From the IMG/VR virus record IMGVR_UViG_3300025435_001056, positions 112,633 to 176,632 of that record: a DNA stretch of 64,000 nt; one strand, given 5' to 3'. Below, in pieces: positions 1 through 8,618 of the stretch. Within the stretch, counting starts at the first letter, position 1. The number at the start of each line of letters is the position of its first letter. This DNA is from a virus. The position numbers were made by a program, and so were the translations under genes. The notes below the pieces were generated by a model. That model saw nothing but the letters and a program-made list of their open reading frames with translations. It did not search any database and had not been told where the DNA came from.

Positions 1-792
1 ATGTGCCATCCCGACGACTTTGATATCATTGTGGATCTCGACATACATAAGGGCATCAAGTACAAGGGCGAAGATCTAGAACTGCCCAAACTGGTCCTGG
101 TGCGGTTGGGTGCCGGCATACTGCCATTCCAACTGGCAGTGGTGCGTCATTTTGAACAGGCTGGGATTCCTTGTATCAACGGTAGTTTGCCTATAGAAAC
201 GGTCAAGGACAAGTTGCGTAGTAGCCAAATCTTAAGTCGATCAGGTATTCCTATTCCCAACACCATGATGGTGCGATTACCCATAGACGATGGACTAGTG
301 GAAACAAACATTGGCTTTCCCTGTGTGGTCAAGGTTGTAACCGGTTCGTACGGTGAAGGTGTTTATCTTTGCGAACGAAAACGCGACTACAAGAAGTTGA
401 TGGAGTTTGTGGACAACCTGGGCAACAAAAAAACCATGATAGTGCAGGAATACCTGGGTGAACGACCTGGTGAAGACCTGCGAGTCTTGGTCATAGGCGG
501 CAAGGTCATAGGTGCCATGCGCCGTACCGCACCCGAAGGTGATTTCCGTGCCAACATCACCAACGGCGGCACTGGCGAAAACTTTGAAGTCACAGAAGAA
601 ATCGACTACATTGCCAGAAAAACAGCTCGATCTCTAAATTTAGACATTGCTGGTGTTGATTTGTTGTTTGACAAGCGTGGATTCCGTGTGTGTGAAGCCA
701 ACTCAAATCCTGGTTTTATTGGCTTTGAAAGATTCTGTGGCGTAGATGTAGCAGATTTAATCACGGAATATATCAAGTTCCGCACACAGTAA
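1..792 (+). CDS. rimK: RimK-family ATP-grasp alpha-L-glutamate ligase (possibly 5'-truncated by window edge)
   Basis: ATP-grasp motifs: VVKVVTGSYGEGV, IVQEY, DLRVLVIGGKVIGAMRR, FRANITNGG, AGVDLL, VCEANSNPGF. Confidence 0.9.
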   Translation: MCHPDDFDIIVDLDIHKGIKYKGEDLELPKLVLVRLGAGILPFQLAVVRHFEQAGIPCINGSLPIETVKDKLRSSQILSRSGIPIPNTMMVRLPIDDGLVETNIGFPCVVKVVTGSYGEGVYLCERKRDYKKLMEFVDNLGNKKTMIVQEYLGERPGEDLRVLVIGGKVIGAMRRTAPEGDFRANITNGGTGENFEVTEEIDYIARKTARSLNLDIAGVDLLFDKRGFRVCEANSNPGFIGFERFCGVDVADLITEYIKFRTQ

Positions 793-813
793 ATCTATAA
801 ACAACATCAATTG

Positions 814-836
814 ACCCCGTTTAAACGGGGTTTTTG
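814..836 (+). terminator. Rho-independent terminator / stem-loop of early promoter cassette 1
   Basis: Perfect palindrome ACCCCGTTTAAACGGGGT (814-831) followed by a T tract. Confidence 0.75.
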
Positions 837-852
837 TCTATTAACTAAACGG

Positions 853-881
853 TTGACCCAAAATGATCAATTTTGTATAAT
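853..881 (+). promoter_or_regulatory. sigma70-type early promoter
   Basis: TTGACC-N17-TATAAT. Confidence 0.8.
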
Positions 882-906
882 ACAATATACAATCATCGGA
901 GTCATA

Positions 907-2631
907 ATGAGCAATACGGCCATAAAAAATATCTTGATTGATTTAAGGACCGATCCAACCAACACAGCAGATGTAAATGGCATTGCCATAAACTCACCTG
1001 CACAGATTAATCCCTTACTCGATCATCTCAAAACAGCGGGCTACAACACAGTAACCTTCAATGTGGATGTGGGTATCGACATGAACACCGGCAAGATCGA
1101 TCTGAATCCAAGTCCTGGGTTGAACACTTTGCCATCGGCACATCTTTGGCAAGACGTGGCCTACGCTCATAGCATTGGACTATCTGTCAATATTTTGACA
1201 GTGCCCACAGTGATCTATAATGCCAACGGAACTCCAAATTTTTCAGATACACCGATTTCATCAGCTACACCCTTGGCCGCAGGTGTTAGCATCGATACTG
1301 TATTTAAAAATATAGCCAGCTACGAAACTACCTTAGCTACTCTGGCTCAACAAAATCATGCGGAAACTTTTTATATAGGTAGCAACAATTTTGGATATGA
1401 TTCTGCAACCTACGCACCCGAGTGGCAACAAGTAATCAATGCAGTTCGATCTGTTTATTCTGGAACCATCGCCTATCAGGCCTGTTATGATAATGCAGTA
1501 TTTGGCATGGTTAATCAAATTGACTATTTGCCAAATCCTGTGGTTTCAACCACACCAATTTATAATTTGGCCCAGATTGTAGAAGGGTATTATCACACAC
1601 CGGTATGGACCAACGGGCCCACGTATTTTCAAGAAATTGCCGCAATGGTGCGAGAGTATGGCGCAACGCCAATTGTATTGGATGCTTTTCAGGCACAGGC
1701 TTCGAATACCGGTATAGGAAATCTGACCTATGCATTTTCCACATTGATGGACAACGGATCCAATGCATTGACCAGTCTTCCACAACCAAATCATGTTGAA
1801 CAGGCCCTGGCATATCAAGCATTTTTGTATGTGGCTCAACACTTAATGGCTTCCCAAGTGTCCGGAGTTGGCATAGACGGCTACATGCCCTGGGCACAGG
1901 CTGCATGGTTACAAAATCCTGGAACTAACACCAATGGACAACTTTGGAACTTAATGAATCAACTTGGCAATAATCTTTGGGGAGATTCCACAGTCGAAGC
2001 CGTCATTGCCCAATCTTTTGCAAACAATCCATTGCCCAATTATTTTTTTAGTACTCCAGCGAACGATACTGTCACAGGTAATCCCGGAGTAGTTAACACC
2101 GAAGTCTTCTATGCCAGTTCAACTGCAAGCACAGTTACCAAGACTTCTACAAGTCTCACAGTCACTACACCAATGGACGGTACAGATACACTTGCCAACA
2201 TCCAGCGACTTGAATTTAGTGACACCGTGATTGCGTTCGATTCGGCCCCGGGACAGATAGCCGGAGAAGCCTATCGTTTATACACCGCTGCCCTGGGTCG
2301 CACTCCTGATACCGGAGGACTGGGGTTTTGGATCAATGCCTTAGATAAAGGTGAATCATTACATGACGTGGCTGGCGGTTTTGTAAACAGTCCAGAGTTC
2401 CATAACAAATTCTACGGTGATGGCTCCAATGGTGTTTTTGTTACAGCATTGTACAATAATGTGTTGCATCGTGCTCCGGATGTGGATGGTTACAATTTTT
2501 GGGTTAACAGTCTAAATCACGGTGCTGATCGCGCAGATATATTGGTTGGATTTTCTGAGTCTCCAGAGAACGTAGCACAAACTGTTGGCCTTGTGGGGCA
2601 AGGCATACACTATGATCAATATTTGGGTTGA
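907..2631 (+). CDS. Glycoside hydrolase-like TIM barrel (GH113/GTA-like) with C-terminal DUF4214 repeats
   Basis: WQQVINAVRSVYSGTIAY resembles GH113/GTA TIM barrels; DGTDTLANIQRLEFSD, YRLYTAALGRTPDTGGLGFW and LYNNVLHRAPDVDGYNFW are DUF4214-type; start moved to ATG 907, downstream of the promoter and GGAG. Confidence 0.65.
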   Translation: MSNTAIKNILIDLRTDPTNTADVNGIAINSPAQINPLLDHLKTAGYNTVTFNVDVGIDMNTGKIDLNPSPGLNTLPSAHLWQDVAYAHSIGLSVNILTVPTVIYNANGTPNFSDTPISSATPLAAGVSIDTVFKNIASYETTLATLAQQNHAETFYIGSNNFGYDSATYAPEWQQVINAVRSVYSGTIAYQACYDNAVFGMVNQIDYLPNPVVSTTPIYNLAQIVEGYYHTPVWTNGPTYFQEIAAMVREYGATPIVLDAFQAQASNTGIGNLTYAFSTLMDNGSNALTSLPQPNHVEQALAYQAFLYVAQHLMASQVSGVGIDGYMPWAQAAWLQNPGTNTNGQLWNLMNQLGNNLWGDSTVEAVIAQSFANNPLPNYFFSTPANDTVTGNPGVVNTEVFYASSTASTVTKTSTSLTVTTPMDGTDTLANIQRLEFSDTVIAFDSAPGQIAGEAYRLYTAALGRTPDTGGLGFWINALDKGESLHDVAGGFVNSPEFHNKFYGDGSNGVFVTALYNNVLHRAPDVDGYNFWVNSLNHGADRADILVGFSESPENVAQTVGLVGQGIHYDQYLG

Positions 2632-2658
2632 TCTGTTGCCAAAAAACAACATCTTTTG

Positions 2659-2681
2659 ACCCCGTAAAAAGCGGGGTTTTT
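2659..2681 (+). terminator. Rho-independent terminator / stem-loop of early promoter cassette 2
   Basis: ACCCCGT-AAAAA-GCGGGGT followed by a T tract; near copy of 814-836. Confidence 0.75.
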
Positions 2682-2698
2682 ACGATTTTACCAAAAGG

Positions 2699-2727
2699 TT
2701 GACCAAAAATGCCCAATTTGTTATACT
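2699..2727 (+). promoter_or_regulatory. sigma70-type early promoter (extended -10)
   Basis: TTGACC-N17-TATACT with TG before the -10. Confidence 0.8.
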
Positions 2728-2757
2728 ATTATTATAGTGAACATAAAGGAGCAGAAC

Positions 2758-3030
2758 ATGTCAAAACTTACAGCATACACAGTAGAAATTTATAAAGCAG
2801 ATCGTCGTGTTACCGCGGGTCGTAGATTGGTTGAGAAGCGTGACTTTGATCCGGTTACCCGTGACTATATCGACACAGTGGTTGAAAAGCTTCAAACCAA
2901 AGGTATCACAGTTGAACTACACGAAACCTTTGTGACCAAAAAAAACCTAATGGGCGGTCGAGAGTTTACCGAGCGTTACGACACTCCGTATTTTTGCTCG
3001 CCTGCAAGTGAATCTTACTGGAGCATGTAA
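2758..3030 (+). CDS. Hypothetical early phage protein
   Basis: AAGGAG RBS before ATG 2758; C-terminus DTPYFCSPASESYWSM is a recurrent small phage-protein ending. Confidence 0.75.
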   Translation: MSKLTAYTVEIYKADRRVTAGRRLVEKRDFDPVTRDYIDTVVEKLQTKGITVELHETFVTKKNLMGGREFTERYDTPYFCSPASESYWSM

Positions 3031-3035
3031 TTCGA

Positions 3036-3064
3036 TTGACCAAAAATACCCAATTTGTTATAAT
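3036..3064 (+). promoter_or_regulatory. sigma70-type early promoter
   Basis: TTGACC-N17-TATAAT; spacer almost identical to the 2699 promoter. Confidence 0.8.
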
Positions 3065-3094
3065 ATTACATATAGTTAGAAATTAGGAGCAGAT

Positions 3095-3250
3095 ATGACC
3101 CGTAAACATTTCGTAGCAATGGCCCAAGAAATTGCCCAAATGCCAGATCGTGAATCAGCTCGTATTGCAGCCGAGGCCTTTGCGGCAGTGGCCAGAACTG
3201 TAAATTCTCGTTTTGATACCGAACGTTTCTTGACCGCGTGTGGAGTTTAA
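3095..3250 (+). CDS. Small early protein (MTRKHF...RFDTERFLTACGV), 51 aa; not in ORF track
   Basis: AGGAG RBS, ATG 3095 to TAA 3250, directly behind an early promoter. Confidence 0.8.
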   Translation: MTRKHFVAMAQEIAQMPDRESARIAAEAFAAVARTVNSRFDTERFLTACGV

Positions 3251-3251
3251 T

Positions 3252-3593
3252 ATGAACTATACTGTAGACCAAATTAAAACAATCGTAGCCGAAGCTCGCC
3301 ACGAAGCATACCTAGCCGCAGACAAGTTCTTTAAGGACAAGCTAGGTGGTCAAGACAAATATTCCTGTGGCTTTGCCTGGGTAGACATCTTTGGTATCAA
3401 AGGCAATACTCGGGTAGGTCGTGCCATGAAAGAAGCCGGCCTTCGCAAGAGCTATACCGGTAGTTACCAAATTTGGAATCCAGCCAGTTATGCATGTCAG
3501 AATATCGACACTCTTGAAGCAGGTGCTGAGGCAGCTGCAAAGGTATTTGAACGATATGGTTTCAAGGCCTACGCCGGATCGAGGTTAGACTAA
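3252..3593 (+). CDS. Hypothetical phage protein (CGFAWV ... SRLD family)
   Basis: GGAG RBS, ATG 3252; CGFAWV motif and C-terminal SRLD. Confidence 0.75.
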   Translation: MNYTVDQIKTIVAEARHEAYLAADKFFKDKLGGQDKYSCGFAWVDIFGIKGNTRVGRAMKEAGLRKSYTGSYQIWNPASYACQNIDTLEAGAEAAAKVFERYGFKAYAGSRLD

Positions 3594-3757
3594 TGACCTT
3601 AGATCAAGCCTGTGCTAGAATTGTTGCCTACAGTGTGGTCAACGGTATTGAAAGTCTAACAGCGGTAGAGCGTATGGTCAAATACTATCGACTCTTATCC
3701 ACCGAAGATCAACAAGCCGTTACAGTATTCATGGACAAAACAAAGGAGACAGCATGA
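3593..3757 (+). CDS. Small hypothetical protein, 54 aa; not in ORF track
   Basis: TAATG overlap with the previous stop and ATGA overlap with the next gene. Confidence 0.65.
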   Translation: MTLDQACARIVAYSVVNGIESLTAVERMVKYYRLLSTEDQQAVTVFMDKTKETA

Positions 3758-3882
3758 AAGCATTCGTATTAGGAACCGTTTTTGGTATTTTGATCTGTAC
3801 CGTTGGTCTATCCGGAATTGCCAAGATGCTAGACAACGGAGTAGCCAAGGTCCAGGAAGTATCCAAAGAAGCCGCCAAATAA
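3754..3882 (+). CDS. Small membrane peptide, 42 aa; not in ORF track
   Basis: AAGGAG RBS; MKAFVLGTVFGILICTVGLSGIAK hydrophobic N-terminus. Confidence 0.7.
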   Translation: MKAFVLGTVFGILICTVGLSGIAKMLDNGVAKVQEVSKEAAK

Positions 3883-3916
3883 GGCTCTTTTGGATAACCA
3901 AATATAGCAATTATGG

Positions 3917-3945
3917 TTGACTTCAAACCCGAATTCAAGTATAAT
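3917..3945 (+). promoter_or_regulatory. sigma70-type early promoter
   Basis: TTGACT-N17-TATAAT. Confidence 0.75.
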
Positions 3946-4011
3946 AGTTATTGTAGTGAGAAGTAAAGGCAGTTTAAATCAACTTAATAGGCAACTTAGA
4001 AAGGCAACACA

Positions 4012-4335
4012 ATGTCACAAGAAAAATTATTTACAGTAGCAGGTACAGCAACTAACGCCGATGGCACAGTTAAGGCACGTTTTGCAAACGACTTGGTAGC
4101 TCGGATCAAGATCCTAAACAAAGCAGGTTGCACCAATATCAACCTTATGGAATTGCCACAAGCAATGACCAAGCTCCAGGCTCTTCAGTACCTGACAGAG
4201 CAGGGTGTCACAGGTGATGCGGGTTACGCAGTAGCCAACAAACTTGCAGAAAAGACCAAGATCGCTAAAAAAGCCGAAATTAAGGTTGCAGGTAAGGCTA
4301 TTAAGTCTGTTAAAGTAGAAAAAGTAACAGCCTAA
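4012..4335 (+). CDS. Hypothetical protein with Lys/Ala-rich C-terminus (possible nucleic-acid binding)
   Basis: 107-aa ORF behind promoter; basic tail. Confidence 0.7.
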   Translation: MSQEKLFTVAGTATNADGTVKARFANDLVARIKILNKAGCTNINLMELPQAMTKLQALQYLTEQGVTGDAGYAVANKLAEKTKIAKKAEIKVAGKAIKSVKVEKVTA

Positions 4336-4380
4336 TAGGTAGTGGGGCAGGTGCAAACTATAAGTCCCCTAACTTATATC

Positions 4381-4674
4381 ATGACAAAGATACTGACCGT
4401 ATCTTTTCTCTTTTTATTATCCGGTTGCGCAGCGGCTCCGTTGGTATTAACCGGACTCGGAGTCACTGGTGTAGCAGTAAACGAAACCACAGGCAAAACC
4501 CTTACAGATCATACAGTAAGTTCAATCAGCGGGCAAGATTGCAGGATTGGTAGAGCATTTAAAGAACAATCGGTTTGCCAAGATTTGAATCAAGCTCAAA
4601 CTCAAATACAAATAATCAATACTGGCACCAAACCATCAACTGTAGAAGAAATTCAAGCTCGTTATCGCTGGTAA
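4381..4674 (+). CDS. Putative lipoprotein
   Basis: MTKILTVSFLFLLSG-C lipobox signal peptide from ATG 4381. Confidence 0.7.
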   Translation: MTKILTVSFLFLLSGCAAAPLVLTGLGVTGVAVNETTGKTLTDHTVSSISGQDCRIGRAFKEQSVCQDLNQAQTQIQIINTGTKPSTVEEIQARYRW

Positions 4675-4702
4675 CTTGGCCATTTTGGCTAAGTATTTTG
4701 AT

Positions 4703-4933
4703 ATGTTTGACGAACTTGATCTTACCATTAGAACTGCAATTCATAATCTCATGCTGGTCTTATACGATCAAGGCATCACCGAAATCCATACCGGCGGCCT
4801 CATGCGCCTGTTGGGTGTGTCCAATGATGTAGCCCAGGAGTATGATGATGAACGGGTGATCTTGGATGATAATTTTGTCAGATATGTGGAAGAAATCAAC
4901 ACACCAAGACCGCCTGATCAGCTCCTGCATTAA
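4703..4933 (+). CDS. Hypothetical protein
   Basis: Acidic ORF coupled by TAATG to the next gene; start uncertain (4676 or 4703). Confidence 0.6.
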   Translation: MFDELDLTIRTAIHNLMLVLYDQGITEIHTGGLMRLLGVSNDVAQEYDDERVILDDNFVRYVEEINTPRPPDQLLH

Positions 4934-5175
4934 TGACAGTACCTATTTTCAAAAACGGAGATGCCCTTTATACAGTAATTCTGCGAGAGTCTGATGCTCG
5001 AAATCGATTGGTTAAATGGTCCACTTCCAGTCGTAGTATCCAAGCTCGTGTTGACGAAAACAAGATGCATATCTATGATCACAATACCCTAAGCCTGTTT
5101 ATAGTGACCTGGACACACGGATGGGATAATGTAACAGTTTGGGATCCTTGGCTCAAACGGCATATTACAATTTGA
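4933..5175 (+). CDS. Hypothetical protein
   Basis: 80-aa ORF, TAATG-coupled. Confidence 0.65.
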   Translation: MTVPIFKNGDALYTVILRESDARNRLVKWSTSSRSIQARVDENKMHIYDHNTLSLFIVTWTHGWDNVTVWDPWLKRHITI

Positions 5176-5199
5176 CAAATGCAATTTACACTGTATAAT
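5172..5199 (+). promoter_or_regulatory. sigma70-type promoter
   Basis: TTGACA-N16-TATAAT, 6 nt before ATG 5206. Confidence 0.65.
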
Positions 5200-5205
5200 A
5201 ACAGT

Positions 5206-5718
5206 ATGGATCCTAAAGATTATACCACATTTGAAAAAATATTAGACAGTTCGATCGCAACTGATTGTATCACTATTCCTAATGGATACGGAGCCGAAAC
5301 GGTTACAGTAAACAATGCCATTGACACAATCACTTTGTCTGAGTTTGACTTCAATTTACAAAACACCATGTCTACTTATAGTAATGTTACTGTCACTAGC
5401 CCATACATTGTAAGTGGTGGCACTGGTCTTTATACTACAGGTACAACTGCTTCTCCGTGGGCTACTACACCCAGTTCAAAGATCCAACTGAACGGCGAAG
5501 ACGCCGATATCGAAGTTAATGGATTAAGTCTAATGGATGCGATACAAAAGATTGAAGAACGCTTAAACATACTACATCCAAATACTGAATTAGAAGCGGA
5601 ATGGGCAGAACTACGCGAATTGGGCGAGCAATACCGCAAACTTGAGCAACACATCAAGGACAAACAGGCTACATGGGACCGTTTGAAGGCCATGCCACCA
5701 CCGGTGACTGATCAATGA
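5206..5718 (+). CDS. Hypothetical protein with C-terminal coiled coil
   Basis: Thr/Ser-rich N-terminal half, IEERLNILHPN..LEAEWAELRELGEQY coil; start placed after the promoter. Confidence 0.65.
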   Translation: MDPKDYTTFEKILDSSIATDCITIPNGYGAETVTVNNAIDTITLSEFDFNLQNTMSTYSNVTVTSPYIVSGGTGLYTTGTTASPWATTPSSKIQLNGEDADIEVNGLSLMDAIQKIEERLNILHPNTELEAEWAELRELGEQYRKLEQHIKDKQATWDRLKAMPPPVTDQ

Positions 5719-7106
5719 CAACCTGGTCTGATTTTTACGATCAAATTAGAGATTCTTCCTGGCCCGACTGCACAACTGAAGATCAGTTTGCCTTGTTGCC
5801 TGAACACATACAACAAGAATGCCAAGAAAAATTTGGCTATGTGCCTGGTGCATTTTCCAAGATCTCCAAATTAAAAAATCAAGTTTTCCCAATAAAAACA
5901 GCCACGGCCTGCCAGCTGAAATGGAATTGGAGTACCGTATTTCTTACTACAGAGGAAACCGCCAGTTGCCATAGGACCAATCATCACAAGTTTGATACCG
6001 ATCTATTTGATTTTCATAATACTCCATCAAAATTAGATGATCGAAATCGCATGTTGGCTGGCAAATGGCCTCAGGAAGGATGTACATATTGTCACAACAT
6101 TGAACAAGCAGGGGGGCAGAGTGATCGTATGACCAACCTGAACTTTTCGGGTATACATGCTCCGCCTGAATTAGACAATAATCCTCAAGCCATACAAGTT
6201 ACCCCTAGAATTTTAGAAGTGTATTTTGATAATACCTGTAATTTGAAATGTCTCTACTGTGGTCCACATTTTAGCAGCCTATGGGATGCCGAAAATCGAC
6301 AGTTTGGACAACCGGCCTTTATCAAAAGCAAAAATATAGACAAAAACAAACAACAAATTTTTGCCTGGTTACGAGTCAACGGACAGTATTTGACCAATTT
6401 CAATATACTGGGCGGGGAACCCTTGTACCAGAGCGAATTGGAAGAGTGTTTAGATCTGTTTGAACAGTATCCTGCCTCAGAACTCAAGTTGCAAATTTTT
6501 ACTAATCTTAATACCAAACTTGATCATTTAAAAAAAATAGTTTCCAGAGTCAAACAGTTAGTCAATCAAAATAGTATTAGAGAATTTGAAGTTACAGCCA
6601 GCTTAGACTGCTGGGGTGCGGCACAGGAGTACGTTCGTTATCCTTTGAATTTGGAATCTTGGCAGAAAAATTTTGAATATCTACTGTCAGAATCCTGGAT
6701 CAATTTGATTATAGGCAGTACCGTGACACCGTTAACTATAAAAACTCTGCCAGATTTATTGGAAAGGATCAATCAATGGAATCAAGTTCGACCAGTTCAT
6801 CATTATCAAAACAGTGTTAATGGACCCAGTTACATGTTTATTGATATGTTTGGTGATATTTTTCAGTCAGATTTTGCTTGTGCATTGGAACTCAAACCCG
6901 ATGCTACCCCAGAACAACAGGCCAGCAAAAATTATCTATTGGGCATTGCCAAGCAATCGGTTGCCGGCGCTCCAAACTTGCCTGAAATAAAAAAACTGTT
7001 TGATTTTTTGAATGAAATAGATCGTCGTCGAAAGACCAGCTGGCCCAAAGTATTTCCTTGGTTAGTTTTGGAATTTAGCAAACATGGATTTAATATACCT
7101 ACTTAA
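5715..7106 (+). CDS. Radical SAM protein with N-terminal twitch-like Fe-S domain
   Basis: CNLKCLYC (CxxxCxxC), GGEP motif, SLD; extra Cys motif C..SCH..GCTYC upstream. Confidence 0.85.
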   Translation: MTTWSDFYDQIRDSSWPDCTTEDQFALLPEHIQQECQEKFGYVPGAFSKISKLKNQVFPIKTATACQLKWNWSTVFLTTEETASCHRTNHHKFDTDLFDFHNTPSKLDDRNRMLAGKWPQEGCTYCHNIEQAGGQSDRMTNLNFSGIHAPPELDNNPQAIQVTPRILEVYFDNTCNLKCLYCGPHFSSLWDAENRQFGQPAFIKSKNIDKNKQQIFAWLRVNGQYLTNFNILGGEPLYQSELEECLDLFEQYPASELKLQIFTNLNTKLDHLKKIVSRVKQLVNQNSIREFEVTASLDCWGAAQEYVRYPLNLESWQKNFEYLLSESWINLIIGSTVTPLTIKTLPDLLERINQWNQVRPVHHYQNSVNGPSYMFIDMFGDIFQSDFACALELKPDATPEQQASKNYLLGIAKQSVAGAPNLPEIKKLFDFLNEIDRRRKTSWPKVFPWLVLEFSKHGFNIPT

Positions 7107-7201
7107 TGGCAAAAAGTATCAAAAATTGTAGATTTTAAACCAGACAAGTTATATAATACTAAGTATTTTAGAGAGTAGAAAAAACAACCAGGCTAACATT
7201 G

Positions 7202-7449
7202 CGTTTAGCGGAGGATTACAAATCAAGATCTACTCCACAACGGACGGGTCAGTGCCGCAAAGCTGACCGGTATTAAAGAGGACTTCGGAAATCCTCTTCA
7301 TTGACAAATGGTATGGGCAAACTGGAAACAAAGGTTTGCTTAGAGAGTATGGCACTGAGGCCCGAGGTCTTGATCTGTCTAAATATCTACCCACCGCCAT
7401 TGTCTGTGCGCCCATTCCGGGCATCCGCTGAAACGGTCCAGTTGAACCG
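7202..7449 (+). ncRNA. Candidate large structured RNA / 5' leader of the cell wall hydrolase gene
   Basis: At least seven complementary segment pairs, including long-range and crossing ones (see findings). Confidence 0.55.
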
Positions 7450-7462
7450 AAGGAGGACGACA

Positions 7463-8149
7463 ATGAAGCGTATCTTATTATCGTTATTACTAGTAGTCAG
7501 CAGTTTGGCAACAGCAGCAGAAGTACGGCAGGATCAGGTAGTGTTGGCAGACAACACGACTTTCAGCGGTCAGATGGCGGAGCATGCCGCTAGTTTCGTT
7601 CGAAGCACTGCCAATACCTTAACAGCACCATTCTTGTCACAGCAGGATGTTGAGTGCTTGGCCCGTAACATATTTTACGAAGCCGGATCGGAACCCTTAG
7701 AGGGCAAGGTGGCCGTGGGCATGGTCACAATCAATAGAACCCAGGACGATCGATACCCACAAGATATCTGCGGAGTAGTAAAACAACGCACAGTGATCAC
7801 AGTACCACAACAGGTCACTCAAGTCAAGACAGTCAAAGAAGGTTGGCTACTACCACCCCGGCAGGTGGTGGAAACTCGAACTCAACGGGTAACTCGTGCC
7901 ATATATCAGTTTAGTTGGGTAGGACAACGCAATCTGCGCATACGCGAAGATGATCCGCGCTGGATCGAAAGCCGCGCTGTGGCCGAAGAACTGGCCCGCG
8001 GCGGCTACGAAACATGGCAAGAAAAGTATAGCGAAGCCATGAATTTCCATGCGGTGTATGTGAATCCGGGCTGGCGTTTAAAGCGCATTGGCCGGGTAGG
8101 AAATCACATATTTTATAAAGGAAACGCACCTGTTCAACAGGGTGGTTGA
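7463..8149 (+). CDS. SleB-like cell wall hydrolase (Hydrolase_2) with signal peptide
   Basis: CLARNIFYEAGSEPLEGKVAVGMVTINR, YPQDICGVVKQ, YQFSW, FHAVYVNPGW..VGNHIFY; AAGGAGG RBS before ATG 7463. Confidence 0.9.
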   Translation: MKRILLSLLLVVSSLATAAEVRQDQVVLADNTTFSGQMAEHAASFVRSTANTLTAPFLSQQDVECLARNIFYEAGSEPLEGKVAVGMVTINRTQDDRYPQDICGVVKQRTVITVPQQVTQVKTVKEGWLLPPRQVVETRTQRVTRAIYQFSWVGQRNLRIREDDPRWIESRAVAEELARGGYETWQEKYSEAMNFHAVYVNPGWRLKRIGRVGNHIFYKGNAPVQQGG

Positions 8150-8174
8150 CCAAAAACTCGCAAGGTGTTATAAT
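8146..8174 (+). promoter_or_regulatory. sigma70-type early promoter
   Basis: TTGACC-N17-TATAAT. Confidence 0.8.
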
Positions 8175-8206
8175 TGTAGTATGAATAACACTTGCGAGTC
8201 GAAATA

Positions 8207-8602
8207 ATGGCATTCCATCTTGAAGGACCGTGGTTAAGCACAACTGGCAAAAAGCGAGGCCCCCGTAAATGGGCCAGTTCCGAAGCCAAACAATTAGCTC
8301 AAAAACGGCAGGCTGAATGGGATCGTAAACTGATTCAGTTTGAAAAGATGGCGCCTAAATTTAGTACAGGACCTTATAATGCTCCAAGAAAAACAATACA
8401 CGACTTTATACCAAAAACTCCACCAGGGCGCGAAACAGTTGCTATCCCTAGTCAGGATACTGGTTGGGTTGCCTGCGTAAAAGCACAAGATACCGAATAT
8501 ACCGGTACCAAAGTAAAAGGTATTGGCACCATGCACAAATCCAATGCTGTGCCTATTTTCTCCGATGACGAAGCAAAAGATATAAGTAAAATGCGTCGCT
8601 GA
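8207..8602 (+). CDS. Conserved hypothetical phage protein (basic)
   Basis: YTGTKVKGIGTMHKSNAVPIF..AKDISKMRR C-terminal motif seen in T4-like phage proteins. Confidence 0.75.
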   Translation: MAFHLEGPWLSTTGKKRGPRKWASSEAKQLAQKRQAEWDRKLIQFEKMAPKFSTGPYNAPRKTIHDFIPKTPPGRETVAIPSQDTGWVACVKAQDTEYTGTKVKGIGTMHKSNAVPIFSDDEAKDISKMRR

Positions 8603-8618
8603 AAAAGGAGATAGTGTC

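Noticed and set aside
7256-7341. c-di-GMP-I riboswitch (GGGCAAAC..GAAA and CGCAAAGC fragments) or ydaO c-di-AMP riboswitch
   Set aside because: The c-di-GMP-I fragments occur in the wrong order and the ydaO consensus is absent; kept only as an unclassified structured RNA
7301-7462. N-terminal extension of SleB given in the ORF track
   Set aside because: A strong AAGGAGG RBS and a signal peptide place the start at 7463
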